From a virus: a stretch of 64,000 nt of DNA. Location of the stretch: IMG/VR virus record IMGVR_UViG_3300009499_000053, one strand, 5' to 3'. Made by a program: the position numbers and the translations under genes. Positions 1 through 11,069 of the stretch are shown in pieces. How positions within the stretch are numbered: the stretch's first letter is position 1; each line of letters starts with the position of its first letter. The notes beneath the pieces are model-generated. The model searched no databases and was not told the origin of the DNA. It was given only the letters and a program-made list of their open reading frames with translations.

Positions 1-737
1 ACCAAAGAGCTAGCTGAGATATACTTAGAAATGTTTGAGAGAGACAGAAAGAATCGTCCAACTTGTGCAACAAAGGAAACATGGTTCAATGTTGAAGAGA
101 GAGAGGTTGACCATGCCCTAGGGTTCCAAGATGCAAATAGATTCGTTTCAAGGAATAGGAACTTATACCATGTTTAATAGGGAACAGGCAGAAAAGGTTT
201 GGGATGAAATATTCCCAATGAAGAAGGGTCAAAAGGTTATTCTTCTTAAGACTACTATGTTCGGTACTAAAAAAAGGGCTAAGTTTCCTATGACTGTAAA
301 AGCAGGAACTAGGGGGGTAGTGGTTATGCACATAATAGGTGATCCTTTTGTAGAGGTAAACTTTGGATTCAGGGACTGGACTCATTTTATAGAGGTAGAA
401 CGGGTGAAGAGGTTATGGTAAGGGCTGAGTTTAGGATTACAGGATTCTATAGTTACGCTGGTTGGAAGACGGAACTAGAAGTTCGTGTGTCAATAGAGAA
501 TCAGGATAACTTCTACCTTCGTACAGCAAGAGATACTAAACTGGCGAAGGTGGTAGAGAAAGCAATAATCAGAAAGAAGTTTCTTTCCTCAGGAAAGAGA
601 GTCTACAGAAAGACACTTAGTGAAAAACAGTGGCTTCTTCTTAAAGCATTGAAAGAGGCAGGAAGTAAGTACTGGCATCTATATGAAAAGTTCCTAAGAG
701 AAGGAATGACACAAAAGGAACTTGAGGCTCAGATATT

Positions 738-1238
738 ATGGAGGGTTCTTTAGTGTTAAAAGACAAGGAACAGATAGAGATACTGAAGAAGATCATATCC
801 ATTAAATCTAGGGGAAAGAAGGTTGTGGCTGTAAGTGGAGGATTCGATCCTATCCATGTTGGTCACATACGTCATCTCAGAGGAGCAGGTAAAGCAGGAT
901 ACTACTTATTGGTTTTCCTTCAACCTGATGAATGGCTTATTAATAAGAAGGGTTACGCCTTTATGCCATACGAGGAAAGGAAGGAGATCCTAGAAAACAT
1001 ACTCTGGGTTGATGGAGTAGTCCCTGTTATAGACAAGGACAAGACAGTTGCTAAGACACTAGCGTTTTGGAAGCCTAGTATCTTTATGAAAGGGGGAGAT
1101 AGAACCCTAGATAACATTCCTAGATCCGAGAAGAAGTCATGTAAGAGGAATGGTATCAAGTTACAGTATGATAATATGGGAGGAAAAGTTCAGTCCAGTT
1201 CATGGTTAGTGGAGAAGGTGAAGAATGGTAAAGCCTGA
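738..1238 (+). CDS. HIGH-family nucleotidyltransferase (cytidylyltransferase/FAD synthase-like)
   Basis: VSGGFDPIHVGH motif, ERKEIL and KGGD motifs. Confidence 0.85.
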   Translation: MEGSLVLKDKEQIEILKKIISIKSRGKKVVAVSGGFDPIHVGHIRHLRGAGKAGYYLLVFLQPDEWLINKKGYAFMPYEERKEILENILWVDGVVPVIDKDKTVAKTLAFWKPSIFMKGGDRTLDNIPRSEKKSCKRNGIKLQYDNMGGKVQSSSWLVEKVKNGKA

Positions 1239-2433
1239 CAGTAAGAGGTTATGGGGTTGTGACGGAGCTTGGGAATCATTCTTTGGTGGTGTTCCAATTG
1301 GAAATAGTTGGTCTGCTGAGTTCCTTGATTGTAAGGGACTTTGTTGTTCTTCCTGTCTTGATTGGAAATGTAAAGCACGATGTAGAGGTAAGTCTCTTAA
1401 GAAGTGTCCAGCTAGGAAACCTTTTACAGACTTGATCTTTGAGTATGGAGTGTTTCAAAGTGGAAACAGAAAAGACAATTAAACTCTGGAAGAGACTGTT
1501 TGGTTACTCTGTAGGAGATATAGTTAGGGTAAATTGTCCTAAATATTGGAGCTATCATCGGTACACAGGAGTTATCATTCACGTCTTTCCATATGAACAT
1601 CGTATCCGTTATGTTGTACGATTCCCAAATCCTTCTAGGAACTTTCCCTTTAAAGAAGAATCACTTGTGTATGTGGGTTCGGTGATAAAGAAGCCATGAG
1701 AAGAGCAAGAAAGTGGACTAGGATAGAAGTAATAGAGGACTGTGTCTATGTAGATGGAGTCCTCTTTGGAAGAGGGTCAGTACGAGTATGGGGAACAAAG
1801 AATCCTCGAATTAGAATAGTGAGGTATGAAAATGACTATGGACAAAGATCGTTATAAACATCTGAAGTTCCTAGATGCTGTCTTTCCGGACATGCCTTTA
1901 GAACTTATAGTTAAGGTAAAGGATAAGAGGTTCAAGGAAGGCTGGTATCTTGGTATAATCGAAGGAGTCTTCCGTTCAGATTATCCTTTTAAGATCTACA
2001 AGATACGTCACTTAGTCTTCTACGAGAGATCTTACTGGGTCTTCAGGGATCATATTGAGGTTCCTGAGAGAGGTAATAAGAAGGACTTGATTAAGGAATG
2101 TCTGATTTAGTTAGATTCATAGATGGCTGTCCCCATTGTATTAACCATGGTGCAATGAATCGGGTAAGTAAACATGGAATGTGGCGTTGTCTCATATGTC
2201 ATGTTGGATATGATGAGATAGCAAAGAGGATCCTAAAGGATAGTACTGAAGGATTTAAAAAGAAAGGAGTGAAGAGATCAAATGAATAAGACAGATAAGA
2301 AGAAGACTAAAAAGGATATTGAGAAGAAGAGAAGGAAACTTAGAGAACTCAAAGAGAAAAAGAAGAAGCTCTTGTCAGAGTATCTTGCCCTTATACACAA
2401 ACAAACAGAATATAAGACAAGGGTATACATATC

Positions 2434-2754
2434 TTGAGTACCAAGTTTCTATACCCTAGGTTTGATAACTACTACTCTGACTGGCATCAACTAACCTTTG
2501 TCCTTGCAGATACTGCGTGTTTCATTGGTATATACTCTTTCTCAGAGGACTCCAGAGGTAAAGTTCACTCTCAGGTCTTTGCACTAAATCTCTCTAAGTT
2601 TCCTGAGGAGATACTGAACTTCAACCAAGAGTGGAAATGGGATGTATTCATCACAATCTTTAAAAGCGTGTGGCTACATGAATGGTTACACCTAGTTGGT
2701 TTATCAGAGAGGGGAGTTGACATAGCTAAGGAGTTAGGGTTTCCAGTTGCCTAA
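2434..2754 (+). CDS. small HEXXH-motif protein (putative Zn metallopeptidase)
   Basis: WLHEWLH followed by SE. Confidence 0.4.
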   Translation: MSTKFLYPRFDNYYSDWHQLTFVLADTACFIGIYSFSEDSRGKVHSQVFALNLSKFPEEILNFNQEWKWDVFITIFKSVWLHEWLHLVGLSERGVDIAKELGFPVA

Positions 2755-3068
2755 GATTTCTGACAATAGAATAGTCTGTCCTGTGAATGCATGGAGATTC
2801 CTAAGTATGCTAAAGGCAAACAAAGGTTGTACCAAAGTACAATGTTGTTTTCATTGCTCTAAGGACTACTGTATAGGTGGGGCAGGATGCTCTCCTGGTC
2901 ATAACATGGGCTTTAGATCTGTTTCCTATCCCATGGAATGTAAATCTTATCCACTAACCTTTGGTGAGGCTAAGAGGGTCTTTACATTCAGTAGACTATT
3001 CGACCGAAGGGAAGTAGATCCATATTTGGGGTATATCCGTTATGCTAAAGCAGTGGAGGTGTTTATGA

Positions 3069-3362
3069 GTGCCAAAAAAGAGAAAGAGTCAAGGTAGAAG
3101 AAAGGGCGGTAAAGGCAAAGGGACAATGGTACAATGTGCCTACTGTGGTAAGAGTGTACCAAGAGACAAGGCCAAGAAGGTCTACAGAAGATCTTCATTT
3201 GTTGATCCAAGACTTGCACATGAACTACGCCAGAAAGGAACATACATTCCTAGCTCCCAACAAGTACAGTTTGCCTGTATTAACTGTGCAGTACACAGAG
3301 GTCTCTACTCACCTAGACAAGCAAACCAGAGAAGAAAGCCCTTTCAGAAGAGGAGACGTTAG
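3069..3362 (+). CDS. rps26e: ribosomal protein eS26 (S26e)
   Basis: MPKKRKSQGRRKGGKG..VQCAYCGKSVPRDKAKK..CINCAVHRG is the archaeal eS26 signature. Confidence 0.95.
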   Translation: MPKKRKSQGRRKGGKGKGTMVQCAYCGKSVPRDKAKKVYRRSSFVDPRLAHELRQKGTYIPSSQQVQFACINCAVHRGLYSPRQANQRRKPFQKRRR

Positions 3363-3625
3363 TGTCTATATTTTCAAGTGAGTGGATTAAGTGACCACAC
3401 TACAGGAACGTCACCACATAGCTAAGCACTTTGACGACTTACTGTGTGAAGAGGCAAGAGAGTTCATTGCAAGATACCATCGTCATAAGACTAGAGGAAG
3501 TCCTGATAAGTACATTAGAGGAAGGTTCTCTGACCACTACTAGGGACATCCTCCCCGTAGTCCCCACAGTGGTAGTGGGGGTAGGGGTAGTGTATGATAC
3601 CAGTTCTAGAAGTATAATAGGAACA

Positions 3626-3633
3626 TTTATAAG
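3626..3633 (+). promoter_or_regulatory. archaeal TATA box upstream of ParB-like gene
   Basis: TTTATAAG about 25-30 nt upstream of the ORF at 3658, in an intergenic gap. Confidence 0.55.
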
Positions 3634-3657
3634 GTAGTTTGACATATATAGAGGTAT

Positions 3658-4440
3658 GTGAACGATATGACCAAAACGTTAAAGGTCGACAAGGAAGTAA
3701 TAGATTCCATCGAGAAGTCTTCTAAGAAGTTTGGACAGTTATATCCTGTTCTTGTGGATATAAATGGTAAACTGATCGATGGAGAGAACAGAAAGAAAGT
3801 TTTTGAGAATCCTTCTATTAAGAAGTTAGGGAATATTAAGACTAAGAAGGATAGACTAGAAGCACGGTTAGTAGCTAATCATGCACGTAAGGGTCAACAT
3901 AAGCAGACTTGGGTTCTTACATTAGACCAGTTAGCTCTCATCCTTGAGAGAGAAGGCGTTGAGAGTATTGGGATACAGATTGCTAAGGAGACAGGTCTTC
4001 CTTACAGAACTCTTATGCGATACTTACCATCACAGTTTAAGAATCAAGCACAATCTATTAGGGCCTCTCACCCTCGGTTGCCACATGGCACCCCATTACC
4101 AGAGGAGACAGAGACATCAACATCAGCGAGTTCGCTGGTGCAGTCACCTGCCAAAACGAAAGGAGAGGTTCATGTTCATCAATCACAGGAAAAGATTCCT
4201 GCTAGTGAAATCTTAGAGGATTTCAAGCCTTTGGTTGGAAAGGCAGTACCTAAGATTGAGATTAAAAGGTTCCCTAATCAACCATGGAAGGCTATCATAC
4301 TTCCACGAGACTTCTTTGAGAAGCTTGAGAGCGCATGTTCTAAGAGTCGCGTAGACATGGAAGAGGTTGTATCTCTTGCGCTGTTAAAACTCCTTGAGGA
4401 TTTGAGGAGAAAGAATAGATGCCTAGGAAAAGATCAATAG
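3658..4440 (+). CDS. ParB/Srx N-terminal domain protein
   Basis: GQLYPVLV..LIDGENR motif followed by HTH-like IAKETGLP. Confidence 0.8.
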   Translation: MNDMTKTLKVDKEVIDSIEKSSKKFGQLYPVLVDINGKLIDGENRKKVFENPSIKKLGNIKTKKDRLEARLVANHARKGQHKQTWVLTLDQLALILEREGVESIGIQIAKETGLPYRTLMRYLPSQFKNQAQSIRASHPRLPHGTPLPEETETSTSASSLVQSPAKTKGEVHVHQSQEKIPASEILEDFKPLVGKAVPKIEIKRFPNQPWKAIILPRDFFEKLESACSKSRVDMEEVVSLALLKLLEDLRRKNRCLGKDQ

Positions 4441-5232
4441 ATAGACTACTGACAAAGGCGACTAATGACTTTTCAGACATTAGTGACATTCACAAGAAGC
4501 TACTAAAGCTAGGCTATGGGAAGAACTTTACGATCTTCATGCAAGAACTAAAGGCAAGAGTCACCTACAGGAGAATATTTGAGTGAAAGTGTGTAATATA
4601 AGTACTGAGAAAGTGTTGAGTACGCTAGCCCGACCCCCAGGGCCATTGCTACCTAGCTCATCCCGAGATACATGGGAGGGGAGAATGAAATATTGTTATT
4701 ATTTGCCGACTGGTCCGTTGACATGCAATGCTTACATCGGTTCCTCTTTCTCTAAAATATTTATGGTTATGGAGTGATTGAAATGCATTACAAAATAAAC
4801 CGCAAGAAAAGACTAGTCACCTTCAAAGTCGGAGAAGAGATAGATACCAAGTCTTTCGAGGAAACTTGGGCTTTTATTTACCTCTTAATGAGGGCGATGG
4901 CTTCTAGTCATAGAGCGTGAGTTCGTGAATATAGAAGAAGCTCGTAAACATCATAAGAGACATGGGGATATGGATGGACGTATCTGCCTACTTAATGAGT
5001 GTCCAATTCATTATCCAAAGGAATCTTTACCAAGCATTTCTTTAAAGAACTGCACGGGAAAGAATGTCTTAAGAGTCAAAAGGGTAGGAGGAGACCTTGA
5101 GATACGAGTGATGGACTTATCCGATAGAACACTCTTCCAGGAGTGGTATCAGATAAAGAAACCACACAAGAAGAATTACAGTATAATAGAGAATCTGTTC
5201 AAACAGATCGAGAATAAAATAGTTATGGAGGA

Positions 5233-6240
5233 ATGAGAATGATAGACGAAAAGAGATTCAGTAAGAGATGGACTGTAGGTACCAAAGAGTTTGGATACCT
5301 AAAGAAACCCTGGACCATATCAACGAATAACGTGAGGTCTAGTGCCTCAAAGATAGACAAAGCAGACATCAAGACTAATTTGGCCCCTAACATCAAATCG
5401 ATAGGACTTCAACAGCTTCCTGTCGTAGATGGTAAAGGAGAAGTCTTCATTGGTGGACGAAGAACCGTAGCCTGTGAGATCAATGGAAAGGAAAACCTTC
5501 TAGTTGAAGTCAGAGACATTCCAGACATAGATCAAATGACAGCCTCTTGGGGAGAGAACTATGTCAAGAGAGACATGAGAGCAGATCAGGAAGGAAGACT
5601 CTTCGAACGAATGGGTAAGAAATTTGGTCTGTCAGAGAGAGAACTAGCTAAGAAACTTGGCGTAGGAAAGGATGCTATTAACAGAAAGATAAGAGCCTAC
5701 AATGAATTTTTTGTGTCTCGTAACGAGACGGTTCCACACAACTCAACAAACGATTCAGCAAAGGCATTCAACTTTGGAAAGGCCATCGAACTGCTACCAC
5801 TACATTCTAAGCAAAAGGACAGAATGCTTAAGGAAATCAAGACTAAGGGAATGACCGTTCCCCAAGTCAGAGAAATCATCAAACACAGCAATGCAATGAT
5901 CAGTGTAGCAGACACATTTGATGAGCCTAAGAAAACAGCAATACTAACCAAGATTGAACCAAATCTTTTCAGGAAAGAGCTGAAACCTGAGAAGATAATC
6001 TATGACATCAATGAAGTAGCAGGAGCTTCCCACAAAGTATCTCCACACAAGATTCCCAAGGAACAATTTACAACTCAGAAAGAAGCAGATGATGAGTACT
6101 TTATTCCTAGAGGCGGAAGATGTCTAGGGGATACAACAGAACAATACTGGTATGGAACTGTCAATAGACAAAAGCATAGAAAGCTTGAGAAAGTAAGAAA
6201 GGAGGCAGAAAAGAATGAGCGGTCCAATGCTCAAAGATGA
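5233..6240 (+). CDS. ParB-like protein with HTH
   Basis: GLQQLPVV..GGRR..ENYVKRDM..LSERELAKKLGVGK. Confidence 0.75.
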   Translation: MRMIDEKRFSKRWTVGTKEFGYLKKPWTISTNNVRSSASKIDKADIKTNLAPNIKSIGLQQLPVVDGKGEVFIGGRRTVACEINGKENLLVEVRDIPDIDQMTASWGENYVKRDMRADQEGRLFERMGKKFGLSERELAKKLGVGKDAINRKIRAYNEFFVSRNETVPHNSTNDSAKAFNFGKAIELLPLHSKQKDRMLKEIKTKGMTVPQVREIIKHSNAMISVADTFDEPKKTAILTKIEPNLFRKELKPEKIIYDINEVAGASHKVSPHKIPKEQFTTQKEADDEYFIPRGGRCLGDTTEQYWYGTVNRQKHRKLEKVRKEAEKNERSNAQR

Positions 6241-6901
6241 TCAAATAGAAGAATTCTTAAGGATCAAATCAAGGTGCGGAACTAAGGACTACTCTGACCC
6301 TGAGGGTTATCACAAAGGAAACATAATAGTGGACAGTGGGGTAACTAACATCAAGTACCTCAAGGAATACTTCCTGTGTCCTATGTGTAAAGCAGAGTTC
6401 GAGAATAAACGTAGTCTAGGAGTACACCTTAAAGACAAGGTCGATGTAGATCATATGTGGACACCCAAGATGATCACCAAGTTTCTTGATCGATATCAAG
6501 GAGTAGCAAGGGAAGAAAAGATCTCAAGGGCAGACATCTTCTACTTTGTCGTAGAACCCAGAGAGATTGTACCAGTTCCAAGTAACGTAGAGGTTGATCT
6601 AACAAAGCCTATGATGAAGAACACTCAACCACCTACACCAGCAGAGAGGGAACAACATGACAAAGAAATGATTCTATGGAGAATAGCTATGAAAGATCTC
6701 TCTAAGAGAGAGGAGATCATTCCATCACAGATTCACAAGGACGGTTTTGACAATGCAGGAGCTAGTAGAAACTACTGGTATTGGAAACCTGAGGTCTGGA
6801 GACAAGGTCAGTGGCTAGGTATATCTACCAGAGATCTCAAGAACTGGAGATCTATGAAGCATAGAACACTTAAGCTATGGACAATCAGTACAGTGGAGTG
6901 A
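6215..6901 (+). CDS. C2H2 Zn-finger-containing hypothetical protein
   Basis: CPMC..F....L..H..H pattern. Confidence 0.5.
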   Translation: MSGPMLKDDQIEEFLRIKSRCGTKDYSDPEGYHKGNIIVDSGVTNIKYLKEYFLCPMCKAEFENKRSLGVHLKDKVDVDHMWTPKMITKFLDRYQGVAREEKISRADIFYFVVEPREIVPVPSNVEVDLTKPMMKNTQPPTPAEREQHDKEMILWRIAMKDLSKREEIIPSQIHKDGFDNAGASRNYWYWKPEVWRQGQWLGISTRDLKNWRSMKHRTLKLWTISTVE

Positions 6902-7583
6902 TAAACAATGTTAGGACGTAAGAAGAAGAAGAATAAACCACTCGTGAATAAGAAGAACCTTAAGAACTTCCTACAACATGTGACTAAATCCATTGATCAG
7001 AACTTTTCTGGTCAAGAGAGTAAACAGCTAGAACTTATCCTGAAAGGACAGTTAGATAGTTGGTTCCAGAATACCATCCAACAGGGAAACCCACTAGATG
7101 CCATCAGTGTAAAGGTTGGTGTCTGTCTAGGAATCTTAGAAACTCTACGAAAGGTAAACGAATCACAGAACAAGGAGAAGATCGGTTACATTGCCTAAGA
7201 AGAAACTAATTACGAAGAGTGTCAAAAGGTTCAGTAAACCTGAAACAGAAGCTTCTGCACCTGAACAAAAGGATCTAAATAGGGACTCAGGCATTAAAGC
7301 TGTAGGTATTGGTATGGATGGCGAAGTATATCAGATGTTTTGTCCTGCCTGTGCACATGAAATGGTTGACCTTATCTTCAAGGATCAAGGAATGGAGTTT
7401 CCTGAGAAACAATGTCCTATCTGTCTTACCATATACCAACTAGCTAGCGCTTCTCGTAAAGGAGCTAGTACTGTTAGAGAAGTTATACTTGCACCTAGAA
7501 CTAAGGAATGGCTCAAAGAGAATGGCGATAAGCACATTCGAGGAGCCTTAATTGGTTCATGGTAACAAAATAAATAAAAAGAG

Positions 7584-7970
7584 GTGAAGAAAACTATGCC
7601 AAAGAAAGCAATTGTAAAATCAAAGAAAGTATCTTTGACTCCAAAGATTGAGGCAAAGATTAAGCCAAAGGTAAAAGCAGTAAAGAAATCTAAGGCTAAA
7701 ATAGTACCATCGGTACTACTCGTAGGTCAGAAGCCTACCATGAACTATGTTCTCTACACAATCAACCAGATGAAAGATGCCAAGGTAATTGTTATTAAGG
7801 CAAGAGGTAAGTCGATTCACAAAGCAGTCGACATAACCGAGATCCTTCGTAGACGTTTCCTTACGAATCTGGTAGTAAAGGACATTGCCATAGGAACACA
7901 AGAAGTCGATGATGCAAGGACAAACCAGAAGAGAAGAATCTCCACCATAGAGATTACAATCAAAGTGTAG
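7584..7970 (+). CDS. albA: chromatin protein Alba with Lys-rich N-terminal extension
   Basis: VGQKPTMNYV..IKARGKSIHKAVDITEI..ISTIEI. Confidence 0.93.
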   Translation: MKKTMPKKAIVKSKKVSLTPKIEAKIKPKVKAVKKSKAKIVPSVLLVGQKPTMNYVLYTINQMKDAKVIVIKARGKSIHKAVDITEILRRRFLTNLVVKDIAIGTQEVDDARTNQKRRISTIEITIKV

Positions 7971-8085
7971 TCTCTGAGTGAGTCACGCAAATAGATAAGG
8001 AATATCAGAACTTTTTACAGAAGTCCTGCAAGCTCTTCTAGACTTAGTTCTTATCACCTGTCTTGCGGACAGACTCTCTCAATCA

Positions 8086-8225
8086 CCTCCTGTGGGATCG
8101 GATCCCAGGTGGGCTGTAAACTCAAAACACTCCTAAAGGTGCGATGCAAGTTGAGTTATACTCATTTGGGACTTGCGACAGACAGACACCCACTAAACCC
8201 TGTTCGACTCGGGGCAGGAGGACCA
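8086..8225 (+). tRNA. tRNA-Tyr(GTA) with ~68-nt BHB intron (8120-8187) and atypical short D-loop
   Basis: CCTCCTG/CAGGAGG acceptor (C1:G72, A73), encoded CCA, T-loop TTCGACT, BHB helix CTGT/ACAG with 3-nt bulges. Confidence 0.75.
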
Positions 8226-8528
8226 AGTAATTTAAGGTGACATAGCGATGATAGAAAATAACACCGGCCCTTCTAAGCTAGAGACTAAAGTCGATGACAA
8301 AGGTGGACCAGTTAGAGCTATTCACAATGTATGGAATAAGATCTTTCACTCAAAAGAAGAGTGTAGATATTACTGGGATGGAATGTGTATCTCCCAACTA
8401 TGGGAACGGTCCCAACTTACCCAGAAACAAGATTACCCCTCGGACTCAGATGAATGTAGTGAGATATGCTCATGGTTCGAGAAAGGAGTAACTCGTAAAG
8501 AAGTACAACATTTAAGGAGGTTAAGGAA

Positions 8529-8909
8529 ACGAAACTTAAAATATCCAAGAAAGAAATTAGTACGAAGACCACTTTAAGTACGAAGACCACTTTCCCACTA
8601 TACATAGTAATATACATAATATGTGCAATCCTAGGTTTCCTAGAGGCAGGCTTAGCAGGACTAGCAGTAGGTCTTGTTAGTGCAATCATGTGTTCACTGG
8701 TAGTTATCCTTGGAGTCATACCATTCGCAGGGATCTTTTTGTATCTCTGGATGACAGGTATGTTCAATGGTGTTCTAGCTGGACTAGGAGTCTCTGTACC
8801 GATAGCAATGACAGTAGCTTTAGTAGTCTTTGGACTTGTAGCAGGATTAGTATTTGTCTTCATGACCATCGTAGCAATAGTATTTATACTTAAGCTACTC
8901 TTCGGGTGA
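8529..8909 (+). CDS. multi-pass membrane protein; reading frame extends upstream of ATG 8688 to an ACG
   Basis: hydrophobic in-frame extension; GGAGG 8 nt before the ACG at 8529. Confidence 0.5.
   Translation, partial: TKLKISKKEISTKTTLSTKTTFPLYIVIYIICAILGFLEAGLAGLAVGLVSAIMCSLVVILGVIPFAGIFLYLWMTGMFNGVLAGLGVSVPIAMTVALVVFGLVAGLVFVFMTIVAIVFILKLLFG
8559..8593 (+). repeat. tandem direct repeat AGTACGAAGACCACTTT x2 (period 18)
   Basis: two exact 17-nt copies. Confidence 0.85.
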
Positions 8910-10197
8910 TACAATGCCAGAAAAGAAACTAAGCTTCTCTAAGCTTTCTAGGAGATGTGAAGCTCATAAACAACGAGAGAAGAGTAACAGGTGTTACTGT
9001 GCAATCACCAACAAGAACTGTAATTCCTACGTTTGTCCAAAGAGAAGGAGGTAGAAGAGAATGGCAGAAAAACATAGATGTAAAGCATGTGGAGAGATCT
9101 ACAGTCCCAAAGAAACAGTATGCCCGGAATGTGGATCACGAGAAAAATCAAGGGTAGCTTTGCCTGATCCCTACGGAGAGAATTAGACTTGGGTCAAGCA
9201 AATCAGATATACTGTCGTTGGAAAAGACTCTTACCTAGTACAGACAAAGGTAATGAACTATACCTTGTAATCGACAAGGACAAGCCTATGAGTCTAGATA
9301 CAATCAAAGAGTTCGATGAGCGATTCAAGGACGAGGATGTAATTATCACTGTAACTAAGCTCATCAGAGGAAAACGAGGAAGGAAGTAATGGTAAAAGGA
9401 AGTAAATACACATTAGGAAATGGTACCATCAGAGGATACTGTTCACGCTGTTCAAAGTACTATCCCATAGAAGAACTTGACTTTAGGGATGAAAGATACT
9501 TCTGTCCTAGACATAACTGTCAGGTAAGACTCAAGAGAAGACGTAGAGTCGAAGATACGGTGGCTAGATATTGACTAAGTGTGGCCTATGCGGAGAGAAG
9601 GTAGATGATACATACCATACTAAATGTGACTACTGCAAGGTAATCATCTGTGAGAAGTGTATGGTAAATTCCGAAGTAGGTAAAGTCTGTAAGAAGTGCG
9701 ATAAGGATACTGCTCGTCAACTTAATTGGGATGGGTGGGAATTAGGAGTATAACAAAGGAGGAGATTGAATGAAATTCTTAGAGAATCAGAAAGAGAAGG
9801 GTTCAAAACAAGGTTGTAAGAGTTGTAACCAAGAGTCTGTAATGCCAGGAGCATCAGGAATGCCAGGAATGAATCGTGAACAAATTGCACAACAAGTCAA
9901 ACAGCTTAAGGAACAAGAAAAGAATAGAGCTAAGGCAACTGATTGTCCTTTCATAAAAGAGTGCGAGTTTCTGGTAATGCCTCAGATAGGTCAAATGATC
10001 TGTCTAGATGAAGAAGTCGGTCCTAAGAGACGAAACCAAGGATATGGGATTCATATGCATGGCCATCATGTATGGGAACAATGTAGACAATACGCAGAGA
10101 GACTTAGGAAGACGAAAGGAATCCTTCCACGAAACGTAAAGAAAGCCCTTAAACAGATATCGAAAGATAAATAAGGGACTTTCCCCTTTCCTTTATT

Positions 10198-10272
10198 GGG
10201 CCTGTGGTCCAGCTTGGCACGGATACCTCACCAGCAATGAGGAGAACTTGGGTTCAAATCCCAACAGGTCCA
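10198..10272 (+). tRNA. tRNA-Ala(AGC)
   Basis: cloverleaf, G3:U70, anticodon loop CC-AGC-AA. Confidence 0.85.
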
Positions 10273-10740
10273 CCTGACAGTCTAGCAGATAGCCAAAGTG
10301 TCACAGGAAACTGTGGTAGGAAACTATTATCTACTAGACCTCATAGTCACCTGCGGATGATGGTGTAATGGAAACACATCCCTAGAGGGAAACCAGTGAA
10401 AGGGAAGTCTAGAGGGGTTCCGATTCCCCTCCCCCAATATGGTACAATATAATGGAGAAATAGAATTTGTTAAAGATAGTAGCGAAGACTTCTGATCCAT
10501 CTGTCTAGATCCATGGTGATCTAGAACTGAGCATCGGCTTAACAGGTCGACTCGGAGGATTAGGAGTTCAATGATTGGCCAAAAGAAAGAGAGCAAAAGG
10601 TCGTAAGATACATACCACCTGCGGAAAGTGTGGAATACAGATTGTATCTTGGGATGCCATCGCTTCGGTATGCATTATGTGTGCTATCTGGAAACGATGA
10701 TTCTATCCTTTTTTTTTATACTCATTTTTAGGTAGATAAC

Positions 10741-10748
10741 TTTATAAG
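10741..10748 (+). promoter_or_regulatory. TATA box at the head of the ncRNA/tRNA array
   Basis: TTTATAAG, downstream of a poly-T terminator-like tract (~10708-10718). Confidence 0.6.
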
Positions 10749-10769
10749 TCACTTTTCATATATTTATTG

Positions 10770-10909
10770 ATGCACTTGGTGTTCTAAGATGGTAAGACGA
10801 CTGTCACTCAACTACGTATTCTTGTGGTGTTTAAAGAGCAGACAGCATAAAGAGGAACAAGACACCAAAACAGGCTCCTATTAAAAGACTGTTGACGCAT
10901 CAAGTGCAT
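10770..10909 (+). ncRNA. unknown structured RNA (~140 nt)
   Basis: 13-bp terminal stem ATGCACTTGGTGT/GCATCAAGTGCAT, TATA box ~25 nt upstream, T-tract after. Confidence 0.5.
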
Positions 10910-10947
10910 TTTGATCTACCCGTTTTATCTTCTTGTTCTTCGGTAAA

Positions 10948-11069
10948 AGCCCCGTAATGTAATTGGCCAAGCAGGTTGGGCTTTGAACAAAGAAGCATCT
11001 AAGGCTCTGAGCAATTACTTTTTTGGGAGACACCCTTCAGCGAGAGTTCGATTCTCTCCGGGGCTACCA
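10948..11069 (+). tRNA. tRNA-Gln(TTG) with BHB intron
   Basis: AGCCCCG/CGGGGCT acceptor (A1:U72), CCA, intron helix CAAAGAAG/CTTTTTTG. Confidence 0.8.

Noticed and set aside
9389-9574. Possible RNA polymerase subunit Rpo12/P mimic
   Set aside because: Only a generic Zn-ribbon plus basic tail; needs a profile search.
10353-10436. tRNA-like sequence with D-arm- and T-arm-like parts
   Set aside because: No pairing acceptor stem or anticodon arm; at best a decayed tRNA.
10575-10700. Possible ribosomal protein eL37 (KIHTTCGKCG..CIMC)
   Set aside because: Cys spacing and flanking residues deviate, and generic Zn-ribbons are abundant here.
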